Below the pieces are notes generated by a model that searched no databases, was not told where the DNA came from, and was given only the letters and a program-made list of their open reading frames with translations. Source: Candidatus Rokuibacteriota bacterium (GTDB lineage Bacteria; Methylomirabilota; Methylomirabilia; Rokubacteriales; CSP1-6). From it: DNA of 56,247 nucleotides. The stretch is taken from assembly GCA_016184305.1 (NCBI GenBank), contig JACPCX010000122.1, forward strand, positions 1 through 56,247, given 5' to 3'. The translations under genes were made by a program, and so were the position numbers. Positions 52,170 to 56,247 of this stretch are shown here, one piece after another; position 1 is the stretch's first letter, and every line of letters begins with the position of its first letter.

Positions 52170-52697
52170 ATGGCTCGGAGTTCCGGAACCACAGCCAAGC
52201 TCGTGGCCGGTGCGCTGGCCCTGCTGGCGTTCCTCAGCCTGACGCCGACACCGTCTCGGGCCGGAGGCTCCAGGATCATCGTTGGGGGCGGCACGGGGCC
52301 GGAGGTGACGTCCGGGGGGCACCGCGTACACCAGCAGGAGCGCACCAAGGTCATCGTCACCGATCCGCGCACCAGGGTGATCGTCACCGACCCGCGCACC
52401 AAGGTGATTGTCACCGATCCGCGCACCAGGGTGATCGTCACCGACCCGCGCACCAGGGTCATCGTCGCGCCCCGGACGTACTACTACGCCCCGAGCTACG
52501 TGGCGCCGGTCTATCCTCGCTGGATGCCCGGATACTGGACCTACCAGTGGGTGCCTCAGATGTCTACCTCCTACGCCTACGTGCCGGGGTTCTATACCGC
52601 CGAGGGCGTGTGGGTAGAGAGCCACTACCAGCCGAAGATGATCCAGACGGGCTATTACCAGCAGCCCGTGTGGGTGGAGGGGTACTGGGCCCGCTGA
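52170..52697 (+). CDS. Secreted protein with 9-aa tandem repeats and Tyr/Trp-rich (WxxGYW-like) C-terminus
   Basis: GGAGGT SD, signal peptide, RT(K/R)VIVTDP repeats, WMPGYW / WVEGYW. Confidence 0.8.
   Translation: MARSSGTTAKLVAGALALLAFLSLTPTPSRAGGSRIIVGGGTGPEVTSGGHRVHQQERTKVIVTDPRTRVIVTDPRTKVIVTDPRTRVIVTDPRTRVIVAPRTYYYAPSYVAPVYPRWMPGYWTYQWVPQMSTSYAYVPGFYTAEGVWVESHYQPKMIQTGYYQQPVWVEGYWAR
52341..52466 (+). repeat. 27-bp coding tandem repeat (~4.7 copies)
   Basis: cgcacca(a/g)ggt(c/g)at(c/t)gtcaccga(t/c)ccg units, varying mostly at synonymous sites. Confidence 0.92.
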
Positions 52698-52724
52698 GGC
52701 GAGGCCGAATGGTAGGATGAGGGC

Positions 52725-53393
52725 ATGAGCGACACCTTTTACCTCAAGCAGATGGAGCTCGGCCCCATGCAGAACTTCGTCTACCTGATCGGGGACCCGG
52801 TCACGCGGGAGTGCGTGGCGGTGGACCCCGCCTGGGAGATCGACGCCATCCTCGACCAGGTGGCGGCGGACGGCATGCAGCTCCGCGGGGTGCTCGTGAC
52901 GCACACCCACCAGGACCATGTGGGCGGGCACCTCTTCGGCCACGACATCCCCGGGGTTGCCGAGCTGCTGGGCAAGGCTCCCGCCAAGGTGTACGTGCAC
53001 AAGTCCGAGCGTGAGTTCCTCAAGGGCTTCGGCTCGGATCTCGTGAAGGTGGATGCCGGCGACACGATGGCCGTGGGCCGGCTCACGCTCACCTTCGTCC
53101 ACACGCCAGGGCATACGCCCGGATCGCAGTGTTTTCTCGTGGATGGGCGCCTCATCTCGGGCGACACGCTGTTCATCCGCTCCTGCGGGCGGATCGACCT
53201 GCCCGGCAGCGACCCGAAGGAAATGTACTACTCGCTGACTCAGCGGCTGGCGGCCCTGCCCGACTCCACCGTGGTGCTGCCGGGTCACAACTACGGCGGC
53301 TCGGTCACGACCATCGGCGACGAGAAGCGCCACAACCCAATGATGCGCTTCCCCTCGGTCAGCGAGTTCCTGCGCGCCATGGGCGCCGGCTGA
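52725..53393 (+). CDS. MBL-fold metallo-hydrolase (glyoxalase II-like)
   Basis: THTHQDHVGG, HTPGHTPG, GDTLF, PGHNY. Confidence 0.92.
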   Translation: MSDTFYLKQMELGPMQNFVYLIGDPVTRECVAVDPAWEIDAILDQVAADGMQLRGVLVTHTHQDHVGGHLFGHDIPGVAELLGKAPAKVYVHKSEREFLKGFGSDLVKVDAGDTMAVGRLTLTFVHTPGHTPGSQCFLVDGRLISGDTLFIRSCGRIDLPGSDPKEMYYSLTQRLAALPDSTVVLPGHNYGGSVTTIGDEKRHNPMMRFPSVSEFLRAMGAG

Positions 53394-53519
53394 TGGAGCC
53401 CGGAACCGGTGCCCATGCAGATCGACGGCGAGCCCTGGGGTGGGACGCCCTTCGAGGCCTCCGTCTGCCCCGGCGCCCTCCGGCTGCGCGCCTGACGCGG
53501 GCCGCAACCGCAGTCACGC

Positions 53520-54278
53520 TCACATCGCGGTGGCGCCGCCGTCCACGAAGAGGACCTGGCCGGTGATGTAATCCGGGCAGGTGGCGAAGAAGCACACCAC
53601 CGCCGCCACGTCGTCGGGGTCGCCGTGGCGGCCCATGGGGATGCGCGCACTCAGCCGCTTCCGTGACGCCTTCGGGAAGCCCTCTGGCAGGAGCACCACC
53701 CCCGGGCCCACCGCGTTGACCTGGATGCGCGGCGCCAGCGCCGCGGCGAGCCCACGGGTGAGCATCACGAGACCCGCCTTCGACACACTGTAGGGGATAT
53801 AGGCCGGCCAGGCGCGCACGGCGCCCACGTCCGCGATGTTGATGATCCGTCCGCCGCGGCGCCCCATGGCCCGGGCCGCCGCCTGCGAGCAGAAGAACGC
53901 GCCCCCGAGGTTCACGCCCATGAGATGCTCCCACTGGGCCGGCGTCGTCTCGGCGAGGGGCGTGCGAACGAAGACGGCCGCGTTGTTGACGAGGATGTCG
54001 AGCCGCCCGAGGCGCCTCACGGTCTCGGACACGAGACGCCGGGCCTGGGCGGGCCGCGCGATGTCGGCACGCAGGGCCGCGGCCCGCACCCCGAGCGCCC
54101 GCAGATCGTCCGCCGTCGCGCGGGCCGCCGCCACCGACCGGTGGTAACCGATGGCGACATCGGCGCCCTGTCGCGCCAGCCCGAGCGCGATGGCGCGGCC
54201 CACACGCACGGCGCCGCCCGTGACGAGCGCGATCTTGCCGGCCAGTTCCTTGACTTGCCTGGACCCCTGTGATGTCAT
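53520..54278 (-). CDS. SDR oxidoreductase, pteridine reductase/FolM-like (start uncertain)
   Basis: TGGAVRVG, NNAAVF, YSVSK, LAPRIQVNAVGPG, TGQVLFVDGG. Confidence 0.85.
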   Translation of the reverse strand: MTSQGSRQVKELAGKIALVTGGAVRVGRAIALGLARQGADVAIGYHRSVAAARATADDLRALGVRAAALRADIARPAQARRLVSETVRRLGRLDILVNNAAVFVRTPLAETTPAQWEHLMGVNLGGAFFCSQAAARAMGRRGGRIINIADVGAVRAWPAYIPYSVSKAGLVMLTRGLAAALAPRIQVNAVGPGVVLLPEGFPKASRKRLSARIPMGRHGDPDDVAAVVCFFATCPDYITGQVLFVDGGATAM

Positions 54279-54287
54279 CGAGCCGCG

Positions 54288-54899
54288 ATGTCCGGCACCT
54301 TCCGCAACTGGTTCAAGGTCCGATTCCTCACCGGCTTCTTCGTCACGGTTCCCGTCATCGCCACCTCGTGGCTCCTGTACGTGTTCTGGGACGCCATCGA
54401 CGCCTTCTTCTCGCCGGGGTACGAGCGGCTGTTCGGGCGGCGCATCCCGGGCCTCGGCTTCCTCACGGCCATGGTGGTGATCTTCGTCGTGGGCACCGTC
54501 GCCACCAACGTCGTCGGGCGGCGCATCCTCGCCCACGTCGAGCGGCTGCTCACCAGGGTTCCCATCTTCCGCAGCATCTACCCGACCGTCAAGGAGCTGC
54601 TCGAGTCCTTCTCGCCGGAGAAGCGTACGTCGTTCAAGGAAGTGGTGCTGGCCGAGCACCCCCGCAAGGGCGAGCTCGTCTTCGGCTTCGTCACATCCGA
54701 GGTGCTCGTGGAGGGCCCCGAGGGGAAGCGGCAGATGGTGACCGTGTTCGTCCCCACCAACAACCTCTATCTCGGCGACGTCATCGTGATCGCGCGGGAG
54801 GAGGCGCTCAGCACCGGGCTCACGATCGAGGAGGGCATCCGCATCATCCTCTCGGCCGGCACCGCCACGCCGGCCCGGCTCCCGCGCCAGCGCCCCTGA
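54288..54899 (+). CDS. DUF502 membrane protein
   Basis: FLTG...VP, PGLG, RVPIFRSIY..VK, F.EVVL.E.PR, VFVPT. Confidence 0.88.
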   Translation: MSGTFRNWFKVRFLTGFFVTVPVIATSWLLYVFWDAIDAFFSPGYERLFGRRIPGLGFLTAMVVIFVVGTVATNVVGRRILAHVERLLTRVPIFRSIYPTVKELLESFSPEKRTSFKEVVLAEHPRKGELVFGFVTSEVLVEGPEGKRQMVTVFVPTNNLYLGDVIVIAREEALSTGLTIEEGIRIILSAGTATPARLPRQRP

Positions 54900-54989
54900 T
54901 CACCTCCGGGTCCAGTGGCCCGCCAGGGGGTCGGACTCGAATATTCAAGGGCGGAGGGGCGTCTGAAAGATCGAGGTATACTTCCAGTG

Positions 54990-55499
54990 ATGTCGTCCCT
55001 CGGCTGCTTGTGGAACCGATCCCGCCTCGATGCCTACACCGACGGCGCCCTCGAACCGCCCGCGGCGCGCGCCGTCACCGCCCATGTCGAGCGCTGCCCT
55101 GCCTGCCGCACGACGGTGGAGCGCCTCAGGCGACTGCGTGACTTGGTCAGCGTGGAGGCCGGCCGGGCGGAGGATCCCGACTGGACGGGTTTCTGGCCGG
55201 CGGTGTGCCGGCGGATCGCGAGGGAGCCGGCGCGTCCCGCCGTGAAGGACGCCTGGTGGCTGCCGTTCTGGAAGCCCGTCTGGGGACATCCGCGGTTGGC
55301 CACGGTCACGGCCGCCATGGCGGCCCTGCTGCTGAGCTTCTCGTTCTGGCCCGGCCAGGAGGGCGAGGTGGCGTGGGCGGGGCCCGTGGTCGTGCAGGAC
55401 GTGAGCACCGCCGACCCCGGCGGCAGCGTGATGGTCTACTCGACGCCGGACCGGGACGTGACAGTGATCTGGGTCTTCTCACCCGAAGCTACCCGCTAA
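54990..55499 (+). CDS. Anti-sigma factor-like protein (zf-HC2, single TM)
   Basis: LDAYTDG.L......V..HVERCPAC (HxxxCxxC), TM helix; ATG 7 nt after TATACT. Confidence 0.82.
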   Translation: MSSLGCLWNRSRLDAYTDGALEPPAARAVTAHVERCPACRTTVERLRRLRDLVSVEAGRAEDPDWTGFWPAVCRRIAREPARPAVKDAWWLPFWKPVWGHPRLATVTAAMAALLLSFSFWPGQEGEVAWAGPVVVQDVSTADPGGSVMVYSTPDRDVTVIWVFSPEATR

Positions 55500-56247
55500 T
55501 CGCGGTCAACCGGTCCTTGGCCAGCGGCGCTTCCTCCGACTGGGGGAAGTTGTCCAGCAGATACCGCAGCCTCTGCTGGGCGAGCCTGGTCTGCTTGAGC
55601 TCGATCAGCGTCAGCGCTTCCTTGTAGATCGCGGTCGGCACCTTCTCGCCTCGCGGGTAATTCAGCACCACCTTGCGGAACTCCTGCACCGCCTGCTCCA
55701 GCTCGCGCGTGGCCTTGCTCGTCTGCCCGGCGCCGGCGCTGGCGCGCGCCAGGCTGAAGTAGGCCTCGCCCACCCAGTACTGGGCCTTGTCCGCGAGGGG
55801 CGAGTCGGGGAAGCGGCGAACGAATTCGCGAAAGCCCGAGACGGCCAGAGGGAAGTTGCCCTTGGTGAAGTCGAGATAGGCCGCCTGATAGGCCTGCTCC
55901 GGGGTCGGTCCGTCCCCCGATGGCCGGGGCGACGGGGTCACGACAGGCGCAGATCCCGGGGGAGCGGCGCCGGGCGCTGTTGCGGGGCGGGCGGCGATCT
56001 GGCGGTTCAGGGCCTCGACCCGCTCGGAAAGCTCTTCGACGCGCGCCGAGAGCCGTGAGAGCTCCGTGGTGAGGGTGTCGAGCCGTCCCGACAGCGCGCC
56101 CTGCTGTCGGGAACTGTCCGCGGCCTGCTCCCGGTTGCGGCGGTCGATCTGGCCGAGCACCGCCTCGGTGTCGCCCCGGGCGCGGTGGACCGAGAGGGTC
56201 AACGCATTCAGGTCCTGGCGGAACTGGGCGACGTCCTGATGGAGCCC
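55489..56247 (-). CDS. cpoB: Tol-Pal/cell-division coordinator CpoB (YbgF), 5' end beyond the window
   Basis: Coiled coil, Pro-rich linker, TPRs (YQAAY, FPDSPLADKAQYWVGE, YPRGEKVP, FPQSEEA); frame open to the window edge. Confidence 0.85.
   Translation of the reverse strand, partial: GLHQDVAQFRQDLNALTLSVHRARGDTEAVLGQIDRRNREQAADSSRQQGALSGRLDTLTTELSRLSARVEELSERVEALNRQIAARPATAPGAAPPGSAPVVTPSPRPSGDGPTPEQAYQAAYLDFTKGNFPLAVSGFREFVRRFPDSPLADKAQYWVGEAYFSLARASAGAGQTSKATRELEQAVQEFRKVVLNYPRGEKVPTAIYKEALTLIELKQTRLAQQRLRYLLDNFPQSEEAPLAKDRLTAISG

Overview
A 56-kb, very GC-rich (roughly 70% by eye) chromosomal segment from a diderm bacterium (BamD and CpoB/YbgF present). Gene content and style suggest Candidatus Rokubacteria/Methylomirabilota, but this is inference. 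It is mostly core metabolism: an aminotransferase-hom-thrC cluster, lysC and threonine aldolase; a TAXI-TRAP transporter behind a LarA-like gene; a DUF1445/pxpBC/class III aminotransferase/pxpA cluster; gcvT-H-PA-PB plus a lipoate ligase; pepA; a Gld-like ABC system; a diguanylate cyclase; and several secreted repeat proteins. I recognised no rRNA, tRNA, CRISPR array or transposase. Most notable: (1) a stand-alone 323-aa AAA+ protein ending in the proteasome-docking motif GQYL, lacking the Mpa/ARC N-terminal domains and with an altered pore loop and arginine finger, encoded directly behind a signal-peptide-bearing BFN/DUF151 nuclease; (2) a MITE/REP-like family located at CTAG stop codons, with a nested 65-bp module and a related motif inside a protein; (3) a repeat-derived 64-aa mini-ORF overlapping both the hom stop and the thrC start; (4) five abrupt internal deletions (ECF sigma/DUF3106, LarA-like, DJ-1, gcvPA, fhs), which reflect either genome erosion or an assembly artefact.
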